The position numbers and the translations under genes were made by a program. DNA of 64,000 bases from Flavipsychrobacter sp. Lineage in GTDB: Bacteria; Bacteroidota; Bacteroidia; Chitinophagales; Chitinophagaceae. Shown here piece after piece: positions 10,293 through 19,538 of the stretch. A model generated the notes under the pieces. It worked only from the letters and a program-made list of their open reading frames with translations, ran no database searches and was not told the origin of the DNA. Within the stretch, counting starts at the first letter, position 1. Each line of letters opens with the position of its first letter. The stretch is taken from assembly GCA_044224775.1 (NCBI GenBank), contig JBGAJU010000004.1, forward strand, positions 18,084 to 82,083. Reading direction: 5' to 3'.

Positions 10293-11201
10293 CTAAGCTA
10301 TATCCTGCGTTTCATTCTTGATGATGTGTACGGCACCCTTACCCACTTTAATGCCCCTGCCCCATTTGCGGGCATAGGCTTCTGTGAACTCTGCGCCAAA
10401 GTAGAGTATCATAGAGCAGTAGTATACCCAGGTAAGTATGAGGATAAAAGATGTTGCCGCGCCGTATGCATTAATACTTTTTGCCAGCCCAAGGTAATAG
10501 GCGATGAGCATTTTGCCAATGATAAATAATATACCCGTGAAAACGGCGCCAATAGCAGCATCTTTCCAATGAATTTTGGCATCGGGCAATACTTTGAAAA
10601 TAATAGTGAACACAATAGTAACGATGAGGAAGAGCACACCGGCATTTGCACCTTGTATCAATACTATGTTCACATCTCCCAAAAATTTAGGTAGCTTGTC
10701 TGCAATTATCCCGATAACAAAATTTGCGAAAATGGTGACCAGCAGGATAACCCCCATGCCTATAACCAGCAATAATGACAGCAAGCGGTCGAGGATATAT
10801 TTAAGCCAGCTTCTTTTTGGCTTGGCCCTGATGGACCAGATATAATTTATAGAGGTTTGTATCTCTGAGAATATGCCAGTGGCCCCGAAGACGAATACCA
10901 GCGCACCAATGATACCAAATAAAGTGGTGTTTGTCTGCTTACTCATATTGGTGAGTACGGTCTGGAGATCGGCAGTAGCAGAAGAGCCGATAATGGCAGC
11001 CACTTGTTGAAATACCTCGTTGGTTATTGTTGCTTTTTCGAACAAATTGCCCAGGATGGTTATGATAACAAGCAATAATGGCCCAATGGAAAAAATAGTA
11101 TAATACGCCAGCGATGCGCTGAGCTTAGTAGCGTGATCATCTACAAACTCATTACCTGCCACAACAATCAGGTCCCAAAAATTACGGACGCGGTGTCTCA
11201 T
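10293..11201 (-). CDS. YihY/BrkB-family inner membrane protein
   Basis: N-terminus FVDDHATKLSASLAYYTIFSIGPLLLV plus six TM helices, typical of the YihY (former RNase BN) family. Confidence 0.8.
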   Translation of the reverse strand: MRHRVRNFWDLIVVAGNEFVDDHATKLSASLAYYTIFSIGPLLLVIITILGNLFEKATITNEVFQQVAAIIGSSATADLQTVLTNMSKQTNTTLFGIIGALVFVFGATGIFSEIQTSINYIWSIRAKPKRSWLKYILDRLLSLLLVIGMGVILLVTIFANFVIGIIADKLPKFLGDVNIVLIQGANAGVLFLIVTIVFTIIFKVLPDAKIHWKDAAIGAVFTGILFIIGKMLIAYYLGLAKSINAYGAATSFILILTWVYYCSMILYFGAEFTEAYARKWGRGIKVGKGAVHIIKNETQDIA

Positions 11202-11278
11202 TTAACTAAAGTACGAATATATTAAACAAGTAGAGACGCAATGTGTTGCGTCTCTACTATATATACATTAATGTTTAT

Positions 11279-11779
11279 TTACCATTCGTATTCTTTCTCT
11301 ACTACTTTCTTAAGCCTGTCCACCAATGTAAGCGTGGCAGGACAATGGGGGAGGTTATTTGTAAAAGTCTCGTTATAGAGATCGAACGGTTTTTTGTTGT
11401 GGTGCGGAAATTCCGCACAATCGGCAGGGCGAACCTCGTATATAGAGCACATATTGTTAACGAGGAACTGGCAGGGTTGGGTAGTGTTCACCATATCGCC
11501 GGTATCTTCCTCTTTTTTGAGCCATTTGTCTATGAATTCTTTTGGTTGCATACCCAGGTGACCGGAGATACGTTTGATATCTTTTTTAGTGAAGGTAGGC
11601 GTCATTGTCTTGCAGCAATTGGCGCATTCCATACAGTTGACATCTTTCCATACTGTGGCATCGATCTTCGCCACAAGCTTAGGCATGTCTTCGGGTACTA
11701 TTTTATCGAGTTTAAGAAGGAATGCTGAAAGTGATTTTCTTTTGCGTGCAGCGGTTGCCCTAAATTTCTTCAAATCCAT
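11279..11779 (-). CDS. YkgJ-family cysteine-cluster protein (CxxCxxCC)
   Basis: Motif CMECANCC plus the second cluster C..F......CSIYEVRPADCAEFP. Confidence 0.75.
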   Translation of the reverse strand: MDLKKFRATAARKRKSLSAFLLKLDKIVPEDMPKLVAKIDATVWKDVNCMECANCCKTMTPTFTKKDIKRISGHLGMQPKEFIDKWLKKEEDTGDMVNTTQPCQFLVNNMCSIYEVRPADCAEFPHHNKKPFDLYNETFTNNLPHCPATLTLVDRLKKVVEKEYEW

Positions 11780-11868
11780 AGAGGTGTAAATATAAATGGT
11801 TTAATGAAATAGAACAAAAGAAAAACGGCTTCATGACTGAAGCCGTTCTATTCATCAACTATTTTCTG

Positions 11869-14415
11869 TTATCCTACGTTTGCTTCGCCTTCGATCTTTG
11901 CGGGCGAGTGGTGTATTGTGAAAACGATTTTGCTTTCCGCCTCATTATAGTCGGCTGTAACCAGGTCGCCGGCTTTAATGCGGTGGTTCAGTATCTCCTC
12001 GGCCAGCGGGTCCTCCAGGTACTTCTGGATGGCGCGGTGTAACGGACGGGCTCCAAACTGCTGGTCATATCCTTTCTCTGCAATGAACTTCTTAGCAGGA
12101 TCAGTAAGTTCCATAGTGAAACCAAGCGTATTGAGACGCTTCATCACATCCTTCATGATAATATCAATGATCATATTGATGTGCTTAGCTTCAAGCGAGT
12201 TGAAGATAACCACGTCGTCGATACGGTTCAGGAACTCAGGAGAGAACGTGCGCTTCAGCGCTTTCTCTATCACCCCACGGCTGGTATCTTCTGCATTAGC
12301 TGCTTTCGCAGAGGTTGCAAAGCCCACGCCTGTTCCGAAATCCTTCAACTGGCGTGCACCAATGTTGGATGTCATGATGATGAGCGTATTCTTGAAGTCC
12401 ACTTTCCTGCCCAAACCATCGGTCAACTGGCCATCGTCCAACACCTGTAAGAGGATATTGAAAATATCCGGGTGTGCTTTTTCGATCTCATCCAGCAGCA
12501 CCACAGAATATGGCTTGCGACGAACCTTCTCTGTAAGCTGACCGCCTTCTTCGTAACCTACATACCCGGGAGGCGCACCTATAAGACGGCTGAGCGAGAA
12601 TTTTTCCATGTATTCACTCATATCCACACGGATAAGGGCGTCCTCGCTGTCGAACATATAGCGTGCAAGCGCACGGGCCAATTCGGTTTTACCAACACCT
12701 GTAGGACCGAGGAATATGAACGAGCCTATTGGTTTGCGTGGGTCCTTCAGGCCCACCCTGTTACGCTGAATGGCCTTTACTATTTTGTGTATTGCATCGT
12801 CCTGGCCAACAACTGCACCTTTCAGGTCTTCGTCCATGCGGCGCAGTTTTTCACTTTCAGCCTCTACCATGCGCATTACCGGAATGCCAGTCATCATGCT
12901 GATCACCTCTGCTATTGCTTCTTCACTAATCGGATAGCGTTTGTGTTTCGCTTCCTCTTCCCATTCTGCTTTTGCGCGGTCCAGCTCCTCGCCCAGGCGT
13001 TTTTCACGGTCGCGGAGTGCTGCGGCTTCTTCAAAGCGCTGGCTCTTTACTACCTTATTTTTTTCCTGCTTAATGTCTTCTATCTTCTTTTCAAGATCGA
13101 GTATATTCTGCGGAACATTGATATTCTTGAGGTGTACCCGTGCGCCGGCTTCGTCCATCACGTCTATTGCTTTATCAGGTAGCAGACGATCGGTCATGTA
13201 ACGGTCGCTGAGTTTCACACAGGCTTCTATGGCATCTGCGTCGTAGATCACATTGTGGAAATCCTCGTATTTGGAGCGTATGTTGTTCAGTATTGTTATT
13301 GTTTCTTCCACACTTGGTGGCTCTACCAGCACTTTCTGGAAACGACGGTCTAACGCGCCATCTTTCTCGATGTACATGCGGTATTCATCCAGTGTGGACG
13401 CACCGATGCATTGGAGATCGCCACGGGCAAGGGCTGGTTTGAAGATATTGGAAGCATCGAGGGAGCCTGATGCACCACCCGCGCCTACAATAGTGTGTAT
13501 CTCGTCGATGAACAGGATAACATCACGGTTCTTTTCCAGCTCGTTCATGATCGCCTTCATACGCTCTTCGAACTGGCCACGGTACTTAGTGCCTGCAACC
13601 AATGCTGCGAGGTCAAGACTGATAACGCGCTTGTCGAACAATACGCGTGACACTTTGCGCTGAACGATACGTAAGGCAAGGCCTTCTACTATGGCGGTCT
13701 TACCTACGCCGGGTTCGCCTATCAATATCGGGTTATTCTTTTTGCGGCGTGATAGTATCTGCGATACACGCTCAATTTCTTCATCACGGCCTACAATAGG
13801 ATCCAGGCTGCCTAACTCGGCAAATTTGGTAATGTCGCGGCCAAAGTTGTCAAGAACAGGGGTTTTTGACTTGGTGTTGCCACCGGCTGGCTTACGCTGC
13901 TGCTGGAACTGACGACGCTCATCGTCTTCATCAAATTCTTCAGAACCCGGGTCGCTGTAATCTGCTGTAGGGTTATTGCCCTGCAGGATGCTCAATTCGT
14001 TCTTAAAACGGTCGTAATCAACTTCATGATTGTTGAGTATCTGCGTAGCCACGTTTTCTTTATTCTTCAAAATAGACAACATAAGGTGCTCCGTCTCAAC
14101 GGTTGTACTTTTCAGGGCCTTCGCCTCAAGAACAGTTATGCGTATCACTTTTTCGGCCTGCTTGGTTAGCGGCAGGCTGTTGATATTAGCCAAAGGCTTA
14201 TTGTTCTTGTCCTTTATAGCGACCTCCAGCTCCTTGCGCAGCTCAAAAAGATCTACCTGCATTGTTTGCAGCACTTTAAGTGCCATTCCATCTCCTTCGC
14301 GGATGAGGCCCAGCAGCAAGTGCTCTGTGCCTATAAAATCATTCCCCAACCTCAACGCCTCCTCCCTACTGTAGGATATGATCTCCTTTACCTTTGGCGA
14401 GAAATTCGAATCCAT
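11869..14415 (-). CDS. clpC: ATP-dependent Clp protease ATP-binding subunit, ClpC type
   Basis: Clp_N repeats ([20 protein letters not shown]). Walker A motifs GEPGVGKT and GPTGVGKT. A short UVR-like linker ([15 protein letters not shown]). I prefer the ATG at 14415 (MDSNFSPKV...); the 33 codons upstream look non-homologous. Confidence 0.9.
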   Translation of the reverse strand: MDSNFSPKVKEIISYSREEALRLGNDFIGTEHLLLGLIREGDGMALKVLQTMQVDLFELRKELEVAIKDKNNKPLANINSLPLTKQAEKVIRITVLEAKALKSTTVETEHLMLSILKNKENVATQILNNHEVDYDRFKNELSILQGNNPTADYSDPGSEEFDEDDERRQFQQQRKPAGGNTKSKTPVLDNFGRDITKFAELGSLDPIVGRDEEIERVSQILSRRKKNNPILIGEPGVGKTAIVEGLALRIVQRKVSRVLFDKRVISLDLAALVAGTKYRGQFEERMKAIMNELEKNRDVILFIDEIHTIVGAGGASGSLDASNIFKPALARGDLQCIGASTLDEYRMYIEKDGALDRRFQKVLVEPPSVEETITILNNIRSKYEDFHNVIYDADAIEACVKLSDRYMTDRLLPDKAIDVMDEAGARVHLKNINVPQNILDLEKKIEDIKQEKNKVVKSQRFEEAAALRDREKRLGEELDRAKAEWEEEAKHKRYPISEEAIAEVISMMTGIPVMRMVEAESEKLRRMDEDLKGAVVGQDDAIHKIVKAIQRNRVGLKDPRKPIGSFIFLGPTGVGKTELARALARYMFDSEDALIRVDMSEYMEKFSLSRLIGAPPGYVGYEEGGQLTEKVRRKPYSVVLLDEIEKAHPDIFNILLQVLDDGQLTDGLGRKVDFKNTLIIMTSNIGARQLKDFGTGVGFATSAKAANAEDTSRGVIEKALKRTFSPEFLNRIDDVVIFNSLEAKHINMIIDIIMKDVMKRLNTLGFTMELTDPAKKFIAEKGYDQQFGARPLHRAIQKYLEDPLAEEILNHRIKAGDLVTADYNEAESKIVFTIHHSPAKIEGEANVG

Positions 14416-14589
14416 TTGTTCTTCCTTAGTTTTAGTAAAGTTAGTTAAAATTAAAGGTATTTCAATATTGCCATTAACTATATGACTATCACCATTTTCA
14501 GTAATCAACTCCATTTATAAATACGTTGAAATGTTTTGTAAGGATTTGCTACTTTTAATCTTAGTTATCATTCTATCTAATACCGGTTT

Positions 14590-14964
14590 ATGGAGTTCAA
14601 AATTGATACCAAAGATACATTTACAATTATTGTGCCGATAAATGACCGACTGGATGCTAAATTGACAGGTGAACTAAAGCATAAGTGTGCGGAATTGGCA
14701 CAAAATGGGGTAAATAATTATATAATAAACCTTGAAAAATGCACTGCTACAGATAGCAGTGCGATAAATGGTTTAGTTGAACTGCACGAAGAATGTTACG
14801 GTAATGAGCGGTCACTTGTATTTACCGAGCTTAATAAACAGGGCGGTGCGGTGCTAAAAGAGCATGAGGCAGACCTGCTGATCAATCTGGCGCCAACCAT
14901 GAAGGAAGCTATTGACATAATAAGCATGGAGATACTGGAACGTGACCTTTTTCGCGAGGAATAG
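14590..14964 (+). CDS. STAS-domain protein (anti-sigma-factor-antagonist fold)
   Basis: MEFKIDTKDTFTIIVPINDRLDA...INLEKCTATDSSAINGLVEL follows the STAS pattern, including the DSS motif. No partner kinase or phosphatase is nearby. Confidence 0.6.
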   Translation: MEFKIDTKDTFTIIVPINDRLDAKLTGELKHKCAELAQNGVNNYIINLEKCTATDSSAINGLVELHEECYGNERSLVFTELNKQGGAVLKEHEADLLINLAPTMKEAIDIISMEILERDLFREE

Positions 14965-15016
14965 TTTTTGTTATTTGTAATTTTTCAGGCCCTGTAACCC
15001 CAATTCTTAAGTAACT

Positions 15017-15919
15017 ATGAAAGTAACCATACTCGGTAACAATTCGGCATTGCCTGCATTTGGCAGGCACCCGACAGCGCAGGCAGTAACTGTATATGGA
15101 GAGGTGCTGCTGATAGATTGCGGGGAAGGTACACAGTCGCAGATGCAGCGCTTCGGGCTGCGGTGGCGGAGCATGCATCACATTTTCATCAGTCATTTGC
15201 ATGGAGATCATTATTTTGGTTTGCCGGGGCTGATCAACAGTATGAGCTTACTGGGCAGAACTGCACCTTTACACCTTTATGCACCAGCAGAACTGAAACC
15301 AATACTTGATGCCATACTGAATGTGGCTGAGACCGTACTCACTTATCCGTTCTACTTCCATGCTCTGCCTGAGGGAACAGCGCTGCTGGTAGATGATCCG
15401 TCATTCAGTGTTACCTGTTTCCCGGTGAACCACCGCATACAGTGCCATGGTTTTTTGGTGGAGCGGAAAACAAGAGGCCGCAAGTTGTTGCCGGATAAAT
15501 GCAGGGAGTATGACATACCTGCTAATTTTTATGAGGGCCTGAAACACGGACAGGATTATACACGCCCTGATGGCACAGTGATAAAAAATGAAATGGTGAC
15601 CGAAGACGGTCCTAGTGAAAAAAGGTATGCCTACTGCGCAGATACCCTATTCACAGATAGCTTTCTGAACGTGGTAAAAGGTGCAGACACCATATACCAT
15701 GAGTGCACATATCTTGATGTGGACAGGGAGAAAGCAATGAAACGTTTTCACAGCACGGCTGCGCAGGCAGCAGAGTTTGCAAAAATGGCCAATGCCAAGC
15801 AGCTGCTTCTGGGGCATTTTTCATCGAAGTATAAAGAACTGGATGCTTTCCAGGAAGAGGCGAGTGCTATCTTCCCGAATACGCTGGTGAGCGTAGAGGG
15901 CACTGTTTATGAAGTCTAA
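15017..15919 (+). CDS. rnz: Ribonuclease Z
   Basis: MKVTILG...LLIDCGEGTQ and the metallo-beta-lactamase motif HLHGDHYFGLPGL. 300 aa. Confidence 0.9.
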   Translation: MKVTILGNNSALPAFGRHPTAQAVTVYGEVLLIDCGEGTQSQMQRFGLRWRSMHHIFISHLHGDHYFGLPGLINSMSLLGRTAPLHLYAPAELKPILDAILNVAETVLTYPFYFHALPEGTALLVDDPSFSVTCFPVNHRIQCHGFLVERKTRGRKLLPDKCREYDIPANFYEGLKHGQDYTRPDGTVIKNEMVTEDGPSEKRYAYCADTLFTDSFLNVVKGADTIYHECTYLDVDREKAMKRFHSTAAQAAEFAKMANAKQLLLGHFSSKYKELDAFQEEASAIFPNTLVSVEGTVYEV

Positions 15920-16019
15920 TTCGGCAATTTGCCAATTCGATAATGTGCCAATGGCGTAATTATAACGATTGCAGATAGGCATATAAATGCCAAGATCAAT
16001 ACTGCTGCTGAATAACAAT

Positions 16020-16027
16020 TATCTTTG
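16020..16027 (+). promoter_or_regulatory. Candidate Bacteroidota -7 promoter box (TAnnTTTG)
   Basis: TATCTTTG lies 24 nt upstream of the ATG at 16051. Confidence 0.3.
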
Positions 16028-16050
16028 TTAAGTCTTTTTCAAATTATACG

Positions 16051-16767
16051 ATGGTACCCCAATGGCAGTCAGGCATAGTGAAACGTATAGAACAAGCGAC
16101 GCATAATACACGTCGCTTTTGGGTGGAACTGCCTGAAACCAATCCATTTACTTTTAAACCGGGGCAATTTGTGACGCTTGACCTGCCAATACACGAACAA
16201 CGTAATAAACGCTGGCGCAGCTATAGCATAGCATCGATACCTGATGGTGGCAATGTGATAGAGCTGCTTATAGTCCATCTGCCTACCGGGCTGGCATCGG
16301 AATATATTTTTAACGAGATAAAGGTGGGCAGCACATTTACGCTGAGAGGGCCGCAAGGTGTGTTTGTATTACCTGAAGTACCCGATAAGGACCTGTACCT
16401 TATATGCACCGGAACAGGTATTGCACCCTTCCGCAGTATGCTGCAATACATCAGCGAACATAATCTGCCCCATAAGAATATACACCTCATCTTCGGCACG
16501 CGCACACAGGCCGATATATTGTACAGGGAAGAGATGACCGCATTGCAGCGATCGTTACCGGGATTCAATTTTCACGTTACGCTTTCGCGCGAGGGATGGG
16601 ATGGCAATACCGGCTATGTGCATAAAGTCTATGAACGTTTGTGTGCAGACAAACCCGATGCATTATTTATGCTATGCGGCTGGCGGGAAATGATAGATGA
16701 AGCAAAGCAAAAGCTGCTGGCAATGGGGTATGATAAGAAAGCTATTCATGCTGAGTTGTATGGGTAG
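16051..16767 (+). CDS. Ferredoxin-NADP reductase-like FAD/NAD(P)-binding oxidoreductase
   Basis: FAD motif RSYSIAS and NAD-binding motif CTGTGIAPFRSM. 238 aa. Confidence 0.75.
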   Translation: MVPQWQSGIVKRIEQATHNTRRFWVELPETNPFTFKPGQFVTLDLPIHEQRNKRWRSYSIASIPDGGNVIELLIVHLPTGLASEYIFNEIKVGSTFTLRGPQGVFVLPEVPDKDLYLICTGTGIAPFRSMLQYISEHNLPHKNIHLIFGTRTQADILYREEMTALQRSLPGFNFHVTLSREGWDGNTGYVHKVYERLCADKPDALFMLCGWREMIDEAKQKLLAMGYDKKAIHAELYG

Positions 16768-16834
16768 TTGACCAAATATTGGCACGAATTCCTTTTCAGT
16801 ATTTTCTTATTTTGAGTCTCTTTTCCAATACCAC

Positions 16835-18775
16835 ATGAAAAAAAGAGCAAAGCAAAACCTTGCACAAAGGACAATCCAGATAAATAAACCACCGGAAAAA
16901 ACTACCGCTACCCAAACGGGGATTTCATACCTGATGAAATTGTGCCTCTTTCTGGGAGTATTGTCTTTTGTGGTTTATGGGAATACCTTGAAGAATGGAT
17001 ATGCCGGCGATGATGAACTCTTTATTACGAATCATAGCCTAGTGAACAAGGGTTTGAAGGGCATTCCAGAATTATTGACCTCTTCTCGCATGAATGGCAT
17101 CCAAATTGACAATAACGACACCTATCGTCCCATCTCATTGGTCATGTTCGCTGTTGAAAAAGAATTATTTGGTTTTAATCCCACAGTCGGGCATCTTATT
17201 AATATCCTATTATTTTCTGCATGTGTCATACTGATTTTTTTATTCTTCGATAGATTGATGTTGGGGGAAAAAACGCCCGTGGCTTTTGTTGCGGCATTAC
17301 TTTTTGCTATGCACCCTATACATACAGAGGTTGTAGCCAATATAAAGAGCCGGGATGAGTTGTTATGTTTTTTCTTTGCTTTTTTATCACTTAACTTATT
17401 CATCTCTTATTTTTCAACCGGGAAAAATAATCGGCTGATAATTGGCTTAATAGCTTTTTTGTTATCGCTCCTTTCGAAAGAAACTTCCCTTTCTTTTATC
17501 ATTGTCATCCCACTAATTTTCTTCGCTTATCTTACCGGTGATAAGAAACGAAGTATTACGGTAACTGCAGTTTCTGTGATTGCTATTGCTGTGTTCTTGG
17601 GTATTCGTGTCTTAATCCTGGGAATACCGTCAGCGAATAATGCTCTATCTGCATCTGCCGATAACCAACTGGCAAGTGTTCCGTCTGGGGCTTCAGGCCT
17701 TGCCACTGCAATTTACGCATACGGATACTATGTTAAATTGCTGTTTATTCCTTATCCCTTACTTTTTACCTATTCTTTTTCGACGATCCCCTTCGTTAGT
17801 TTTAGTGACATAGGTGTTTGGAGTTCGCTCTTGGCTTACCTATGCTTAGTTATTATTGGGATTTATAGGCTTATTAAATTTAAGAAGGACTTTTGGGCTT
17901 TTGGCATTTTGTTCTTCCTTATTACTATCGCTCTTTTTTCAAATGTTCTTTTTCATCTACCTGCGCTCTTAGCAGAGCGCTTTTTGTTTTTTGCTTCTGT
18001 TGGATTCTGTTTATTAATGGCCCTTTTTATAGAAAAATGGTTTTTCAGAATACAAAAACCGGGAAATACAGCGAAAGACATATCTATTCTTTTAAAAACA
18101 AGGGTGTTGTTTTTATTGGTGATAGTTACATGTGTTTGGGGGTATATAACGATGGCGCGAAACAAGGACTGGGAAAATGACTATATTCTGAACAAAACAG
18201 ACATTGAGAAAGCTCCAAACAATATGCGGTTGCACTATAATATAGGTGTTGTATTGACCAATAATCTTAATAATGAAGATCTGAACCGTGATACAAAAGT
18301 CCGCATGGTCGAAGAAGGTATAAAAAGTTTTCAAAAAGCAATTGCTATATATCCAGGCTTTGCTGATGCACATTCGGGTTTAGCTCAGCTATACAATATC
18401 AAAAAAATGTTCGACTCTGCTGAGCTACATGCAAAAACAGCTTTGATTCTTGATTCATCGAATGTAATTGGATTGGATGTACTGGGCAATATTTACTTTA
18501 ACGCAAACAAATTTTCAGAGGCAATTTCCGTATTTGAGCAGGAAATGAAAATAAATCGCGGCTTGCGTGGAAAGTACCAGAATATCGGTACCTGTTATCT
18601 ACGCATGTTCAAATACGATTCTGCTGTGGCAAACTTTAAAAGGGAGTTATCCACTGCACCAGATAATCCTATAATTCTTTACGATGCTCTTGCTCAATCA
18701 TTTAGGGAAATGGGTTATATCGACTCTGCAAAAAGGTACGAGCAACTGATAAAAGAATTAGAACGCGCTGATTAA
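16835..18775 (+). CDS. Polytopic membrane protein with C-terminal TPR repeats (TMTC/PMT-like, possible GT-C glycosyltransferase)
   Basis: About 10 TM helices in the first 440 aa. TPR-like repeats follow (AIAIYPGFADAHSGLAQLY..., ALILDSSNVIGLDVLGNIY...). Strikingly low GC. Confidence 0.6.
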   Translation: MKKRAKQNLAQRTIQINKPPEKTTATQTGISYLMKLCLFLGVLSFVVYGNTLKNGYAGDDELFITNHSLVNKGLKGIPELLTSSRMNGIQIDNNDTYRPISLVMFAVEKELFGFNPTVGHLINILLFSACVILIFLFFDRLMLGEKTPVAFVAALLFAMHPIHTEVVANIKSRDELLCFFFAFLSLNLFISYFSTGKNNRLIIGLIAFLLSLLSKETSLSFIIVIPLIFFAYLTGDKKRSITVTAVSVIAIAVFLGIRVLILGIPSANNALSASADNQLASVPSGASGLATAIYAYGYYVKLLFIPYPLLFTYSFSTIPFVSFSDIGVWSSLLAYLCLVIIGIYRLIKFKKDFWAFGILFFLITIALFSNVLFHLPALLAERFLFFASVGFCLLMALFIEKWFFRIQKPGNTAKDISILLKTRVLFLLVIVTCVWGYITMARNKDWENDYILNKTDIEKAPNNMRLHYNIGVVLTNNLNNEDLNRDTKVRMVEEGIKSFQKAIAIYPGFADAHSGLAQLYNIKKMFDSAELHAKTALILDSSNVIGLDVLGNIYFNANKFSEAISVFEQEMKINRGLRGKYQNIGTCYLRMFKYDSAVANFKRELSTAPDNPIILYDALAQSFREMGYIDSAKRYEQLIKELERAD

Positions 18776-18789
18776 AGCACAATTGAAAA

Positions 18790-19533
18790 TCAAAGTACTG
18801 TCCACCAGATATTCCTGGGCGCCAGTTTGCCCCAGTCTTTAAAGCCATCGCGCACGGCATCTCCTAATTGCTGTTCGTTCACTTTTTTGCCTTTTTCGGG
18901 TATTACAAATTCTGTGTCTTTTGGTACCCCCAAATCTACTTTTTCTGCTACCCATGTGGTGTGCAGGCGCGGTATGGCTATCTCCAGTATCATGCCTGGC
19001 AGGCCTGAGAACATTTCGGGGCCACCGCTAACAGCTATGTCATCGGTATAAAAAGCTACTACATACACAGAATCGCACATGCGGCCTACTGCCTTGCGGC
19101 ATTTAAAATCAGCAATGGTGCGTATCTCGTCTTTTATCACCCAGTCCATTTTGCGCATGGTATCCTGCACCAGGAATTTCTGTTCATATACTTTCTTGGC
19201 GGCGATAACCTTTTCTGTCCTGAGATCGGTATAAACAATATTCTCCATAGCGGGGCCGCCACCAAACATCTTCAGCAGGCTATTCTGCTCCACCTCTCTG
19301 CCGGGTTTGTACAGGGTACGTACAGTATCGAACAGCAGATCGAAATAGCTGCTGCTGAATTTAGGTATCTGTGCTTTCAGCTTCTCGAACCACTCATTAT
19401 TATCCATCTCTGCCATTTGGGCGTAGATATTCACTTTGCGTTCGTACTCTATTTTGCCAGCCATAGTGAACTGCGCCTGCGCATTCATTATGAAGCAGAA
19501 CAGAATAGTATGTAATAAAAGTATCTTCCTCAT
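18790..19533 (-). CDS. GLPGLI-family protein
   Basis: Signal peptide plus the family signature SGLPGMILEI. 247 aa. Confidence 0.75.
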   Translation of the reverse strand: MRKILLLHTILFCFIMNAQAQFTMAGKIEYERKVNIYAQMAEMDNNEWFEKLKAQIPKFSSSYFDLLFDTVRTLYKPGREVEQNSLLKMFGGGPAMENIVYTDLRTEKVIAAKKVYEQKFLVQDTMRKMDWVIKDEIRTIADFKCRKAVGRMCDSVYVVAFYTDDIAVSGGPEMFSGLPGMILEIAIPRLHTTWVAEKVDLGVPKDTEFVIPEKGKKVNEQQLGDAVRDGFKDWGKLAPRNIWWTVL

Positions 19534-19538
19534 AACTA

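Noticed and set aside
11243-11728. 161-aa plus-strand ORF overlapping the YkgJ-like gene.
   Set aside because: The minus frame contains the diagnostic CxxCxxCC cluster and the second Cys cluster of the YkgJ family. The plus frame has nothing comparable.
11978-13663. Several long plus-strand ORFs (187, 236, 86 and 136 aa) antisense to clpC.
   Set aside because: The minus frame encodes an unmistakable double-AAA+ Clp ATPase. The plus-strand products are Ser/Phe/Cys-rich and have no recognisable motifs.
14416-14514. 33-codon N-terminal extension of the ClpC ORF (MELITENGDSHIVNG...).
   Set aside because: Homology-like sequence (Clp_N repeat 1) begins right after the internal Met at 14415. The extension has no counterpart in ClpC proteins that I know of.
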